This document shows positions 18,917 to 28,772 of a DNA stretch of 42,974 bases, in pieces (positions within the stretch are counted from its first letter, which is position 1; each line of letters starts with the position of its first letter). The DNA is from an uncultured Lachnospiraceae bacterium (lineage in GTDB: Bacteria > Bacillota > Clostridia > Lachnospirales > Lachnospiraceae): NCBI GenBank assembly GCA_905235465.1, contig CAJOLP010000011.1:335-43308 (forward strand), in the 5' to 3' direction. The position numbers and the translations under genes were made by a program. The notes beneath the pieces were generated by a model. The model was not told where the DNA came from, ran no database searches, and saw only the letters and a list, made by a program, of their open reading frames with translations.

Positions 18917-20164
18917 TTACACCTCTGCCGGCTCGCCGCCGTCATCCGCCTGCTGTGCTGCTTCCTCGTAGGGCTCCTCTTCGTAGGAATCCCCGTCGTA
19001 TCCATCCTCCTCGTATTCGCCTTCGTACTCGTCGTCGTACTCGCCTTCGTACTCCTCGTCGTACTCTTCATCCTCGTAATACTCGTCGTCCAGATAGTCC
19101 TCATAGCGGAAGCCGGGCGCGTCTTTCGCCTGCGTCTCGCTCTTGATATCGATCTTATAGCCGGTCAGCTTGGCGGCCAGTCTCGCGTTCTGGCCCTCAC
19201 GGCCGATGGCCAGCGAAAGCTGGTAATCCGGCACCACGACTTTGGCTGTCTTCTCCTCGGGATCCGCGAATACCGCGACGATCTTGGCCGGGGAGAGCGC
19301 GTTCTGGATCAGGTTTCCGGGGTTCTCATCCCAGTTGATGATGTCGATCTTTTCGCCGCGCAGCTCATCCACGATGTTGTTGACGCGGATGCCGTTCACG
19401 CCGACACACGCGCCCACCGCGTCCACGTTGGGGTCGTTTGATGAGACTGCGATCTTGGTGCGGCTCCCCGCCTCTCTGGCGATGCTGCGGATCTCCACGA
19501 TCCCGTCACGGATCTCCTCCACTTCCTGCTCGAACAGTCTCTTGACAAGCTCGGGGTGGGTGCGGCTCACCAGGATCCTGGGCCCGCGGTTCGTCTTGCG
19601 CACGTCCACGATGAAGACCTTGATGCGGTCCGTGGGCTTAAGGTGCTCGCCGGGTATCTGTTCCTTTTCGTTCAGAAGGCCGTCCGTCTTGCCGAGATTG
19701 ACGGTGATATTGCCGCCGATGCTGCGCTGAACGATTCCGGTGACGATTCCCTTCTGCTTGGAAATATAATAATCATAGACGACACTGCGTTCTTCCTCAC
19801 GGATCTTCTGGAGGATGACGTTCTTGGCGATCTGTGTGGCGATCCTGCCAAAAGACTGGCTGTTGATATCCACATCCACCGTCTCCCCGACCTGCGCGTC
19901 CGGGCGGATCTTCTGCGCGTCCTCCAGGCTGATCTGCAGCAGATCATCCTCGACGTCTTCCTTTGTCGGCACGACTTCCTTGACCGCGTAGCATCTGTAG
20001 TCAAATGTGTCCCTGTCAACTGTGGCGACAATGTTGTCCGCCTTGCCGAAATTGTTCTTGCAGGCGGTCATCAGCGCGTTCTCGATAGCCTCGAACAGTG
20101 TCTCGCTGCTGATACTCTTTTCTTTTTCCAGCGCTTCCATCGCCTCTTTTAATTCAGTGTTCAT
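18917..20164 (-). CDS. nusA: Transcription termination/antitermination factor NusA
   Basis: FGRIATQIAKNVILQKIRE; S1 and KH domains; AREAGSRTKIAV; SLAIGREGQNARLAAKLTG; acidic tail. Confidence 0.98.
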   Translation of the reverse strand: MNTELKEAMEALEKEKSISSETLFEAIENALMTACKNNFGKADNIVATVDRDTFDYRCYAVKEVVPTKEDVEDDLLQISLEDAQKIRPDAQVGETVDVDINSQSFGRIATQIAKNVILQKIREEERSVVYDYYISKQKGIVTGIVQRSIGGNITVNLGKTDGLLNEKEQIPGEHLKPTDRIKVFIVDVRKTNRGPRILVSRTHPELVKRLFEQEVEEIRDGIVEIRSIAREAGSRTKIAVSSNDPNVDAVGACVGVNGIRVNNIVDELRGEKIDIINWDENPGNLIQNALSPAKIVAVFADPEEKTAKVVVPDYQLSLAIGREGQNARLAAKLTGYKIDIKSETQAKDAPGFRYEDYLDDEYYEDEEYDEEYEGEYDDEYEGEYEEDGYDGDSYEEEPYEEAAQQADDGGEPAEV

Positions 20165-20178
20165 CTTGTCTCCTTAAT

Positions 20179-20736
20179 TTACAAATCCAAATACAGCCTG
20201 ATCACAGCAATGTCTTTTCTGGGAATGACGAGCGAAGCGGGCTCTGTCAGTACTTCTGACGCCTCCCCGGCTTTTTTGCCCTTCTTTCCCTTCTTTGGCT
20301 TCGCGGCCGGCGCGGGTGTCCACTCGATGGTGACGTTTTCCCCGTCAAAATCCGCCAGGATCCCCTCCAGCTGCTTGTCCCCGACCTCGGGCAGAGGTTT
20401 GAAAAGGCTGATCTCTACCTTTTCCCCGATGCTGTTTGTGATATGTCTGTCCTTGGTGAGTGTCCGGCCCAATCCCGGGCTCGATACGACCAGCGTATAC
20501 GGATCGCTGATCCGATCCTCCTTGTCGAGTGCGTCCGACATGGCGCGGCTGACATTTTCGCAGTCATCGATGGTGACGCCGTCCTCCTTGTCGATGTAGA
20601 TATTGAGGTAGTAGTCCGTGTTTTCTTTGACATACTCCACGTCGTAGATGTACACGCCGCAGGCCTTTGCGATGGGCTCAGCCAGCGTCTCCGCCCACGC
20701 CTCGATCCTCGCTCTCTCTGACTTTTTACCTGCCAT
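20179..20736 (-). CDS. rimP: Ribosome maturation factor RimP
   Basis: IYIDKEDGVTIDDCENVSR; YTLVVSSPGLGR; first gene of the nusA-infB operon. Confidence 0.97.
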   Translation of the reverse strand: MAGKKSERARIEAWAETLAEPIAKACGVYIYDVEYVKENTDYYLNIYIDKEDGVTIDDCENVSRAMSDALDKEDRISDPYTLVVSSPGLGRTLTKDRHITNSIGEKVEISLFKPLPEVGDKQLEGILADFDGENVTIEWTPAPAAKPKKGKKGKKAGEASEVLTEPASLVIPRKDIAVIRLYLDL

Positions 20737-20770
20737 TTTGCTCCTTCTTCTCCGTCAATATCCGGACATC

Positions 20771-20800
20771 AAAAAAGTGGACTTGCAAGCCCACTTCACA
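20771..20800 (-). promoter_or_regulatory. rimP-leader terminator-like hairpin (attenuator)
   Basis: AAGTGGGC-TTGCAA-GTCCACTT followed by TTTT in the rimP 5' UTR; resembles the conserved rimP leader. Confidence 0.7.
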
Positions 20801-20873
20801 TTTACACTCTATTCAAACAAACACACATTATCACAAAAGCCTTATAAAATCAAGCATTTTCCGACTTTGCCGC

Positions 20874-20904
20874 AAAAAAACTGCCGGAAGCAGACTTCCG
20901 GCAG
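20874..20904 (-). terminator. Intrinsic terminator of tRNA-Glu
   Basis: CTGCCGGAAG-tctg-CTTCCGGCAG followed by T7. Confidence 0.9.
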
Positions 20905-20910
20905 CTCTTA

Positions 20911-20982
20911 TAGCTCGTACGGGAATCGAACCCATGATTCCGCCGTGAGAGGGCGGCGTCTTAACCCCTTGACCAACGAGCC
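20911..20982 (-). tRNA. tRNA-Glu (anticodon CUC), CCA not encoded
   Basis: GGCTCGT TG GTC AAGGGGTTAA GAC G CCGCC CT CTC AC GGCGG AATC ATGGG TTCGATT CCCGT ACGAGCT A folds as a full cloverleaf. Confidence 0.96.
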
Positions 20983-21003
20983 TCATTGCTTAACGCAAGA
21001 GTA

Positions 21004-21032
21004 ACTTTATCATAAGTAGCCCGTCTTCGCAA
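21004..21032 (-). promoter_or_regulatory. Sigma-A promoter of tRNA-Glu
   Basis: TTGCGA-17 nt-TAAAGT with TG extension and an A/T-rich UP-like tract upstream. Confidence 0.7.
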
Positions 21033-21056
21033 GTGGTTTTTTAAAATCTTTTGTTT

Positions 21057-21860
21057 TTACCTGAGCCCTCTGTTCTGGGCCTCCCCGATCAGGAGCGCCA
21101 GGTTCGCCTTTTCATATTCGTTAAAATACGACTCCTGGTCCGCGTCGAACTCCTCCGGGGGGATCGTCCCCTTGTACCAGCTCTTGCTCTCAAAGTACTC
21201 GCGGTATTCATCCCCGCTGAAGATCCTGCCCTTTCGCGCGTAGATCTCATTGATCGCGTAGATCACCTCCGTGTCGGTCAGGGGCGAGATCTCACTTTCG
21301 GAGTAGTAGCGCGCGTTGCTGTCGGGCAAAATGTAGTCGCCCGCCATGATCTCGGCCTCCATCCTCTCAGCCTCTTCCCGCTGCCTTTGCTCCTCCTCTT
21401 CCCGCTCTCTCTCCTCTTCTTCCTCGCGGGCCTTCTCTTCCTCTTCCTCTTTCTTCTTCTTTTCCTCTTCCTTCTTCTTGGCCTTTTCCTCTTCCGCCTG
21501 CTTTTTGGCCTCTTCTTCCTCTTCGGCCAGTCTCTGCGCCTCTTCCTCTTCGGCCTTTCGGCGGGCCTCTTCTTCTTCCTTAGCCCTCTGTTCCTCTTCC
21601 TGCGCGGCAGCATTGCTGCCGGAATTCGTCACCGTCTCCGGAGAGCCGTACAGAGTTTCGGTCCGGCCGGCCAAAACACCGCTGTCCAGAAGGACGAACA
21701 GAAAGGCCAGGAGCGAGATCACGATGACCGCGCCCAGAAGGACGGTGATGGTGCTTCCCCTCTGATTGTCCCTGTCGTCCCTTTCTTCCCTGTCGATCTC
21801 GTCGTTGGGGATATAATTGCTGCGGTTCCTGCCGGAATCCAAATCTCTATTGTCTCTCAC
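21057..21860 (-). CDS. Membrane-anchored YARHG domain protein with a charged helical stalk
   Basis: Single TM segment (ITVLLGAVIVISLLAFLFVLL), an E/K/R-rich stalk, then DYILPDS..INEIYARKGRIF..YFESKSWY..FNEYEKANL. GTG start with GGAGG SD. Confidence 0.88.
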   Translation of the reverse strand: MRDNRDLDSGRNRSNYIPNDEIDREERDDRDNQRGSTITVLLGAVIVISLLAFLFVLLDSGVLAGRTETLYGSPETVTNSGSNAAAQEEEQRAKEEEEARRKAEEEEAQRLAEEEEEAKKQAEEEKAKKKEEEKKKKEEEEEKAREEEEEREREEEEQRQREEAERMEAEIMAGDYILPDSNARYYSESEISPLTDTEVIYAINEIYARKGRIFSGDEYREYFESKSWYKGTIPPEEFDADQESYFNEYEKANLALLIGEAQNRGLR

Positions 21861-21894
21861 GGTTATACCTCCTGATTCATAACACCCGGTCGGA

Positions 21895-24800
21895 TCACAT
21901 AAGATCGAACAGGGAGATCTGATTGCTCTCGGGCAGATCCCCGAAAAGTCCCAGATCGCTCATCTTCTCTATCACTGTCTTGGGCACCTTCGTGCGGTCC
22001 CTGAAGTCGTCGCGGGAAATGAAGGGGCCGTCCTTGACCGCCTCCTCCACGGCGTCCGCTGCCTTTTCGCCCATGCCGTCTATGCTCGTCAGGGCGGGCA
22101 TGATCTTGTCGTCAATGATCTTAAAACTGCGCGCCCCCGCCCGGTAGATGTCGATCGGCATGAATTCATAGCCTCTGGCGTACATCTCCCGCACAAGCTG
22201 GCAGTCATCCAGCGTCGCGGTCTCCTTGGGCGTCAGCGTATCCTTGCGCCTGTTAAAATCCTCGATCACCTGCTCCAGGTAATCGGGCCCCTGGCACATC
22301 AGCTCGTAGGAGAACGCGGACGCGCGTATACTGAAATAGGCCGCGTAATAGGCCAGCGGATAATAGACCTTGCAGTACGCGATCCGCAGCGCCATCATGA
22401 CATAGGCTGCCGCGTGCGCCTTCGGAAACATATATTTGATCTTGAGGCAGGAGTCGATGTACCATTCCGGCACATTGGCCTCCCGCATCGCTTCCTTCAT
22501 CTGGGGCGTCAGTCCTTTCCCCTTTCGGACGGACTCCATCGTCTTGAAGGACAGGGATTTGTCCATGCCCATACCGATCAGATAGGACATGATATCGTCT
22601 CTGGTACAGATCGCGGTGGAAAGTGTCGCCTTTCCCTCCTGGATCAGTGTCTGCGCGTTGCCCAGCCACACATCCGTGCCGTGAGACAGACCCGAGATGC
22701 GCACCAGCTCCGAGACTGTCGTGGGCCGCGTGTCGTCGAGCATTCCGATTACAAATTTCGTGCCGAATTCCGGGATGCCAAGGGACCCCACGTCGATCCC
22801 TCCGTTCTGCTCGGGGGTTATGCCCAGCGCCTTAGTGGAGCTGAAAATACTGAGCACCTTGGGGTCGTTTAACGGGATCCGCGTCGGATCCAGGCCCGTC
22901 AGATCCTGCAGCATGCGGATCATAGTCGGATCGTCGTGTCCCAGAATATCGAGCTTTAAAAGGTTGTGGTCGATGGAGTGATAATCAAAGTGGGTCGTGA
23001 TGATATCCGTCGTCATATCGTTGGCCGGATGCTGCACCGGTGTGAACGTACTGATATCCTCGCCGATGGGCAGCACGACGATGCCGCCGGGATGCTGCCC
23101 GGTGCTGCGTCTGATGCCCGTGCAGCCCGCAAGGAGCCTCTCGATCTCGCACCCTCTCTTCGCGACGCCCTTTCTCTCATAATAGTTTTTGACATAGCCG
23201 TAGGCGGTCTTGTCCGCCACGGTGGCTATCGTGCCGGCCTTGAACGTCTGCTCGTGGCCGAATATGACCTTCGTGTACGCGTGCGCCTTGCCCTGATATT
23301 CGCCGGAGAAGTTAAGGTCGATATCGGGTTCCTTATCACCCTTAAATCCCAGGAACGTCTCAAAGGGAATGTCATAGCCGTCCCGCACCAGCGGCTCGCC
23401 GCACCTGGGGCACATCCTGGGCGGAAGGTCGACGCCGCACTTGCCCGCGTGGGCCTTTACGGTCTCGGAATCGAAATCGGAAAACTGACATTTCGGGCAG
23501 TAATAATGCGGCGGCAGAGGATTGACCTCTGTGATGCCGGACATGGTCGCCACAAAGGACGATCCCACGGAACCTCTCGATCCCACCAGATACCCGTCCT
23601 CCACCGATTTCCAGACGAGCTTCTGTGCGATGATATACATGACGGAATAGCCGTTTTTAATAATGGAATTGAGCTCTCTCTGAAGGCGCTCCTCCACGAT
23701 CTCCGGGAGCGGGTCGCCGTACATGCTGTGGGCCTTGTTGTAGCAGATCTCCGTCAGCGTCTCATCGGAATGAGGAATGACGGGCGGGCACTTGTCCGGC
23801 CGCACCGGGGAGATCACATCCACCATATCCGCTATCCTCTGCGGATTGGTGACGACCACTTCCTCAGCCTTCGCGGCGCCCAGATAGGCGAATTCCCGCA
23901 GCATCTCATCCGTGGTGTGCAGATACAGCGGCGCGGGTTCCTCCTCCGCCATCCCCATGCCGTCCTGGATGATATCGCGGTAGATCTCATCCTCCGGATC
24001 CAGGAAATGGACGTCGCCGGTGGCCACCACGGGCTTGCCGAGCTGTTCGCCCAGCCGCACGACCTTGCGGTTGAGGTCAAGAAGATCCTCCTCCGTTCTG
24101 ATCTGCGGATAGCGATCCTGCATGCGGGGAGATTCCAGAAGGAAGCGGTTGTTGCTCCGCGGCTGGATCTCCAGATAGTCGTAAAAGGAAGCGATGCTCG
24201 AGAGCGCCTCCTCGCCGCGCTCCTCCAGGATCGCCTCGAACAGTTCGCCCGAGACGCAGGCGCTGCCCACAAGGATCCCCTCCCTGTTTTTCATAAGGAG
24301 GCTCTTGGGGATTCTGGGCTTTTTGTAAAAATACTGCAGGTGCGACGCGCTGATCATCTTGTACAGATTGACCCTTCCGGTCTCGTTCTTGGCCAGCAGC
24401 ACGCAGTGGTGCGTGCGCAGGCGCTTGATCGCGTCCGGATTACGGTCGCTGAGCGCGTTGACCTCCTCAAATGTGTTCGCGCCGCGTTCGGAAAGCATCG
24501 TCAGCTCCTTGAGGAAAATACCGGCGGTGCACTCCGCGTCATCCACAGCGCGGTGATGATTGAGCAGCGGGACGCCGAGGATCTTTGCCACCGCGTCCAG
24601 TGTGTACTTGGCGTGTCCCGGGAGCAGTACCCTGGAGATGCCCAGCGTGTCGACCGTCGTGAACGGGCAGGGAAGCCCCGTCCGCTCGCAGTTCGAACGC
24701 ACAAAACCTATATCAAAACTGACATTGTGTCCCACCAGGACACAGCCCTTCGAAAATTCAAGAAAGCGCGGCAGGACCTCTTCGATCCTGTCGGCCTCGA

Positions 24801-26559
24801 TGACCATGTTGTCGGTGATGCCGGTCAGCTGTGTGATCCGGTATGGGATCGGCAGCTCCGGATTGACAAATTCGGAAAAGCGGTCGGTGATGACGCCGTT
24901 CTCTATTTTGACGGCGCCGAACTCGATGATCCTGTTCTTTTCCGGGGAAAACCCTGTCGTCTCCAGGTCGAAGATCACATAGGAGTGTCCGCCGACAGGA
25001 TCCGAAAGGCGCTCATTCTCCCCGATCTCCACGCTCTTTTTGAGATCATCCACCAGATAGCACTCGACGCCGTAGATGACCTTAAAGAACTTCTGCGGAT
25101 CCGCCGGGGGAAGGCCCTCCTCTTTCCGCCTCTTGTTCTCCGCGGAAAGGAGCGATTCGCGCAGGTGATGCGCGTCGGGAAATGCCTGCACATTGCCGTG
25201 GTCCGTAATGGCCACAGCGGGCATGCCCCACTCATAGGCCCGCTTCACGAGATCCTTGCATTCGGAGACGCCGTCCATATCGCTCATCTTCGTGTGCAGA
25301 TGGAGCTCGACTCTCTTTTGCTCCGCCGTGTCCTCTCTCCGGCTGGTCTGCGCGGGAATCCGCATGATGCCCTGCAGAGATGTCAGCACGACTTCCTTGT
25401 CAAAGGTGTCCAGAACGGAATTGCCGCGCACTTTGACCCAGGTCCCCTTTTTCAGCGAACCGAGCAGCTCTTCCTCGTGCTCGGTGGGAATAAAGACCTT
25501 GCAGTAGATCGAATCCGTGAAGTCCGTGACGGCGAATTTCACGATGGAGCGCTCGCCGCGAATCTGCCGGCTGTCCGAGGACAGGATCTGCCCGCGGATG
25601 ACCACCTCGCCGATCTCGTCGATGATGTCGCAGATCGGTGCTGCGTCGTCCGTCACCTCTTTTCCGAAAATAACATCCGGATTGGATGAGCGCCTGAGGG
25701 TGTACGCGCGCTTTGCGCCATTCTGACGGCTGCCGTTCTGACGCGTGCTGTTCTGGCGGCTTCCATAATTGCGGCTTTCAGACTTCGCGGTACTCTCCGC
25801 GGATCTTTTCGCGCTGTCTGCGGATCGCGTTGCAGATTGTGCCACGCTGTCTGCAGGCTGCGCTGCGGCTTTCCACTCGCCGTCTGCGGATCGCTCCGCA
25901 ATGTCCGTATATCGCGCCGCTATGTCTGTATATCGCGCTGCGCTGTTATCGGATTTTATATTCTCACTCTCAGTATTTCTGCCGTAGATGCCAAAGGCGG
26001 CGTCGGCCCCCGTAAGAGGCACGGGCCCGGCGGACTTCTTCTTTTTCCTCGCGGGTCTTTCCCTTTTGAAGCGCACTTTCAGGTCCGCATCGATCCCGCA
26101 GCGCTCCCTAAAGATCCGGTTCAGCGCCTCCTCGAGGCTCCCGGAAAGATCTCTGCTCAGGCACGACTCCTCGATCTCAATGCGGATCGTGTGTTCATCC
26201 TCGTAGATCACCTCTGCCTCGCGGAAATACTTTCCCATCACGTGGGAAAAGCTCTCGATCTCCCTTGTCAGGGAGTCATAGTATTCCTCCATCAGGCGCC
26301 TGGGCGTGTACTGCGCGCTGAGGTCGTAGTGCTCGTCCAGGTAGACTTCTACCCCCTTCTCCGGGAAGATCTGCCGGGAGATCTCCTCCTGCATGCGCAG
26401 TATCCTCCCCTTGTGGATCAGATGGTCCGAATAGAAGCTGACCTTGACCCTGGTGTGCGCGTGATTGGTCGTAAGACGCTCGACCTGCGTCTTGTCAAAA
26501 TAGTCGCGCAGGTCCGCCCGCACCTCAAGTTTGGGGAATACATCAAAGAAGGGTTTCAT
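21895..26559 (-). CDS. polC: DNA polymerase III PolC-type
   Basis: OB fold; PHP VELHLHTKMSDMDG; embedded exonuclease VIFDLETTG..HHRAVDDA; zinc finger CPKC..CPRC; PDIDLNF; KIKYMFPKAHA. Confidence 0.98.
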   Translation of the reverse strand: MKPFFDVFPKLEVRADLRDYFDKTQVERLTTNHAHTRVKVSFYSDHLIHKGRILRMQEEISRQIFPEKGVEVYLDEHYDLSAQYTPRRLMEEYYDSLTREIESFSHVMGKYFREAEVIYEDEHTIRIEIEESCLSRDLSGSLEEALNRIFRERCGIDADLKVRFKRERPARKKKKSAGPVPLTGADAAFGIYGRNTESENIKSDNSAARYTDIAARYTDIAERSADGEWKAAAQPADSVAQSATRSADSAKRSAESTAKSESRNYGSRQNSTRQNGSRQNGAKRAYTLRRSSNPDVIFGKEVTDDAAPICDIIDEIGEVVIRGQILSSDSRQIRGERSIVKFAVTDFTDSIYCKVFIPTEHEEELLGSLKKGTWVKVRGNSVLDTFDKEVVLTSLQGIMRIPAQTSRREDTAEQKRVELHLHTKMSDMDGVSECKDLVKRAYEWGMPAVAITDHGNVQAFPDAHHLRESLLSAENKRRKEEGLPPADPQKFFKVIYGVECYLVDDLKKSVEIGENERLSDPVGGHSYVIFDLETTGFSPEKNRIIEFGAVKIENGVITDRFSEFVNPELPIPYRITQLTGITDNMVIEADRIEEVLPRFLEFSKGCVLVGHNVSFDIGFVRSNCERTGLPCPFTTVDTLGISRVLLPGHAKYTLDAVAKILGVPLLNHHRAVDDAECTAGIFLKELTMLSERGANTFEEVNALSDRNPDAIKRLRTHHCVLLAKNETGRVNLYKMISASHLQYFYKKPRIPKSLLMKNREGILVGSACVSGELFEAILEERGEEALSSIASFYDYLEIQPRSNNRFLLESPRMQDRYPQIRTEEDLLDLNRKVVRLGEQLGKPVVATGDVHFLDPEDEIYRDIIQDGMGMAEEEPAPLYLHTTDEMLREFAYLGAAKAEEVVVTNPQRIADMVDVISPVRPDKCPPVIPHSDETLTEICYNKAHSMYGDPLPEIVEERLQRELNSIIKNGYSVMYIIAQKLVWKSVEDGYLVGSRGSVGSSFVATMSGITEVNPLPPHYYCPKCQFSDFDSETVKAHAGKCGVDLPPRMCPRCGEPLVRDGYDIPFETFLGFKGDKEPDIDLNFSGEYQGKAHAYTKVIFGHEQTFKAGTIATVADKTAYGYVKNYYERKGVAKRGCEIERLLAGCTGIRRSTGQHPGGIVVLPIGEDISTFTPVQHPANDMTTDIITTHFDYHSIDHNLLKLDILGHDDPTMIRMLQDLTGLDPTRIPLNDPKVLSIFSSTKALGITPEQNGGIDVGSLGIPEFGTKFVIGMLDDTRPTTVSELVRISGLSHGTDVWLGNAQTLIQEGKATLSTAICTRDDIMSYLIGMGMDKSLSFKTMESVRKGKGLTPQMKEAMREANVPEWYIDSCLKIKYMFPKAHAAAYVMMALRIAYCKVYYPLAYYAAYFSIRASAFSYELMCQGPDYLEQVIEDFNRRKDTLTPKETATLDDCQLVREMYARGYEFMPIDIYRAGARSFKIIDDKIMPALTSIDGMGEKAADAVEEAVKDGPFISRDDFRDRTKVPKTVIEKMSDLGLFGDLPESNQISLFDLM

Positions 26560-26587
26560 AAATCACCGTCAAAAAAATGTTCGTCAC

Positions 26588-27655
26588 TCACTGCTCACTG
26601 TGTAAAAGCGCGTCCAGTTCCGCCTCCAGCGCGGGGAGAAGTTCCTCCTCCGGCATTTTGCGGACGATCTCTCCGCGGCGGAACAAAAGGCCGACGCCGT
26701 CGCCGCCGGCGACTCCCAGGTCCGCCTCTCTCGCTTCACCGGGGCCGTTTACCGCGCACCCCATGACCGCGACCTTGATGTCCAGCGGATACTTCTGCAC
26801 CAGCGTCTCCACCTGTCCGGCCAGTCCGATCAGGTCGATCTTCGTCCGGCCGCAGGTGGGACAGGACACGACTTCTATGCCGCCCTTCCTAAGGCCCATC
26901 GTCCGAAGGATCTGCCGGGCGGATTTGACCTCCTCCACCGGATCGCCGGTCAAAGAGACGCGGATCGTGTCGCCGATCCCCTCGTACAGAATGATGCCCA
27001 GGCCGATGGAAGACTTGATATTGCCGCTCATCAGCGTGCCCGCCTCCGTGATGCCCACGTGCAGCGGATAGTCTGTCTTCTTTGCCAGGATCTCGTGCGC
27101 CCTCACGCACATGAGAACGTCGGAGGACTTGATGCTGATCACGATCTGATCGTAACCGCAGTCCTCCACCATGCCGACCTTGTCCAGGGCGCTCTCCACA
27201 AGTCCCTCTGCCGTGACGCCGCCGTACTTGGCGATCAGGTCCTTTTCCAGCGAGCCGCTGTTGACCCCGACACGGATCGGGATCTGCCGCTCTCTCGCGC
27301 AGCGGACGACCTCCTCGATCTTGTCCCTGCCGCCGATATTGCCGGGATTGATCCGTATTTTGTCCGCGCCGTTCTCCATGGCCGCGATCGCCATCTTATA
27401 GTCGAAGTGGATGTCCGCCACAAGGGGGATGTGGATCCTTTTGCGGATCTCCCCGATGGCCTCAGCCGCTTCCTGTGTCGGGCAGGTGCAGCGGATGATC
27501 TCGCACCCCGCCTCCTCCAGCCGCAGGATCTGCGCGACGGTGGCCTCCACGTCTTCTGTTCTGGTATTCGTCATGGACTGGATCAGCACGGGATTTCCCC
27601 CGCCGATCACCCGGTCCCCTATCTTCACGGTTCTGGTATGGTCTCTGTAAGTCAT
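26588..27655 (-). CDS. ispG: (E)-4-hydroxy-3-methylbut-2-enyl-diphosphate synthase (GcpE)
   Basis: IQSMTNT; PLVADIHF; RINPGNIG; RVGVNSGSL; [10 protein letters not shown]; SCPTCGR; [11 protein letters not shown] with Fe-S ligands intact. Start at ATG 27655. Confidence 0.97.
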   Translation of the reverse strand: MTYRDHTRTVKIGDRVIGGGNPVLIQSMTNTRTEDVEATVAQILRLEEAGCEIIRCTCPTQEAAEAIGEIRKRIHIPLVADIHFDYKMAIAAMENGADKIRINPGNIGGRDKIEEVVRCARERQIPIRVGVNSGSLEKDLIAKYGGVTAEGLVESALDKVGMVEDCGYDQIVISIKSSDVLMCVRAHEILAKKTDYPLHVGITEAGTLMSGNIKSSIGLGIILYEGIGDTIRVSLTGDPVEEVKSARQILRTMGLRKGGIEVVSCPTCGRTKIDLIGLAGQVETLVQKYPLDIKVAVMGCAVNGPGEAREADLGVAGGDGVGLLFRRGEIVRKMPEEELLPALEAELDALLHSEQ

Positions 27656-27698
27656 GGTCTCCTCTGTATTTTTAAACAGCGCTCCGAACGCTTTTTCG

Positions 27699-28772
27699 TC
27701 AGCCGCCAAAGATCTTCGACAGATCGTTGAACATCACGACCACCATTAGCAGCAGCAGCGCGATGATGCCCGCCAGGTGCACATATCCCTCCTTTTCCGG
27801 AGGCACAGGCTTTCCGCGGACCGCCTCGATCAGCAGGAACACGAGCCTGCCGCCGTCCAGCGCGGGGAGCGGAAGAAGGTTGACGATTCCGATATTGATG
27901 GTCAGCAGAGTCGCAAGGTTCAGCATGGACATGATCAGCACCATCGGTCCGTAGGGACTGGCCTCGGTATAGGTGTCATTGACCACCTCCACGACGCCGA
28001 CGGGTCCCGCCAGGTCGTCCAGCGAGAAATGTCCGGTAAAAATAGTGCCCAGCGACTTGAACGTGACGCGCACCCAGTATTCCACCTCATAAAAACCGTA
28101 GCGGAACACCTCCAGCGCATTGCATTTGTAGAATTCTCCGGCGCCCTGGATGCCGATATAATACCGCTGATCCTCCTCGTTGTAGCGGGGCGTAAGAGTG
28201 ACTGTCCTGCTTTCGCCGTCCCTCTCATAAGTGATCTCCATCGGCTCGCCGTAATTCATAAAGGACTCCAGACTGACCTCGCGGTAGAGATGGATCCGGC
28301 TCCCGTTGATCCTGGTGATGAGGTCGCCGTCCTCGATCCCGGCTTCCTGCGCGGCCGAACCCTCCATGACCTTCTGGATCACGGGAAGATCCGTCCCCGT
28401 AAAGGCCACGACGATCAGGGCGATCACATAGCCGAGGATAAAGTTTGCCATGGGGCCGGCCACCACCGTGGCGATGCGGCTCCCCAGGGGCGCGCTCTGA
28501 AATGCGTCCGAGGAGAGCATGTCGCCTCCCTGACCGCTTTCCGGGTCCAGCCCCTCAAAAATGCAGGCGCCGCCCAGAGGAAACGCCTTCAGACAAAAGT
28601 CCGTCTCTCCCCGCTTCCACGAGTAAAGCGTGGGACCGAAACCGATGTCAAACTCGTTGACACGGATCCCGCCCCTTTTGGCCATCGCGTAGTGCCCGAA
28701 TTCATGGGAGATCACGATCACGCCGAATATAAGTATGAAAATGATAATGCTGATCAGCCAGTTGCCGCCCAA
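27699..28772 (-). CDS. rseP: RIP metalloprotease RseP/RasP (M50)
   Basis: HEFGH zinc motif; AGPMANF; PDZ domain; [11 protein letters not shown]. Confidence 0.96.
   Translation of the reverse strand: MGGNWLISIIIFILIFGVIVISHEFGHYAMAKRGGIRVNEFDIGFGPTLYSWKRGETDFCLKAFPLGGACIFEGLDPESGQGGDMLSSDAFQSAPLGSRIATVVAGPMANFILGYVIALIVVAFTGTDLPVIQKVMEGSAAQEAGIEDGDLITRINGSRIHLYREVSLESFMNYGEPMEITYERDGESRTVTLTPRYNEEDQRYYIGIQGAGEFYKCNALEVFRYGFYEVEYWVRVTFKSLGTIFTGHFSLDDLAGPVGVVEVVNDTYTEASPYGPMVLIMSMLNLATLLTINIGIVNLLPLPALDGGRLVFLLIEAVRGKPVPPEKEGYVHLAGIIALLLLMVVVMFNDLSKIFGG

Noticed and set aside
20874-20982. tRNA-Glu and tRNA-Thr as integration sites of an island
   Set aside because: Each is followed directly by its terminator and a housekeeping gene; no integrase or duplicated tRNA 3' end in the window.
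22966-25689. 907-aa plus-strand ORF
   Set aside because: Antisense shadow of polC caused by GC-rich codon bias; no recognisable motifs.
21895-26559. Possible intein in the long PolC
   Set aside because: No intein splice-junction or LAGLIDADG motifs seen; the extra length comes from the low-complexity linker and small inserts.
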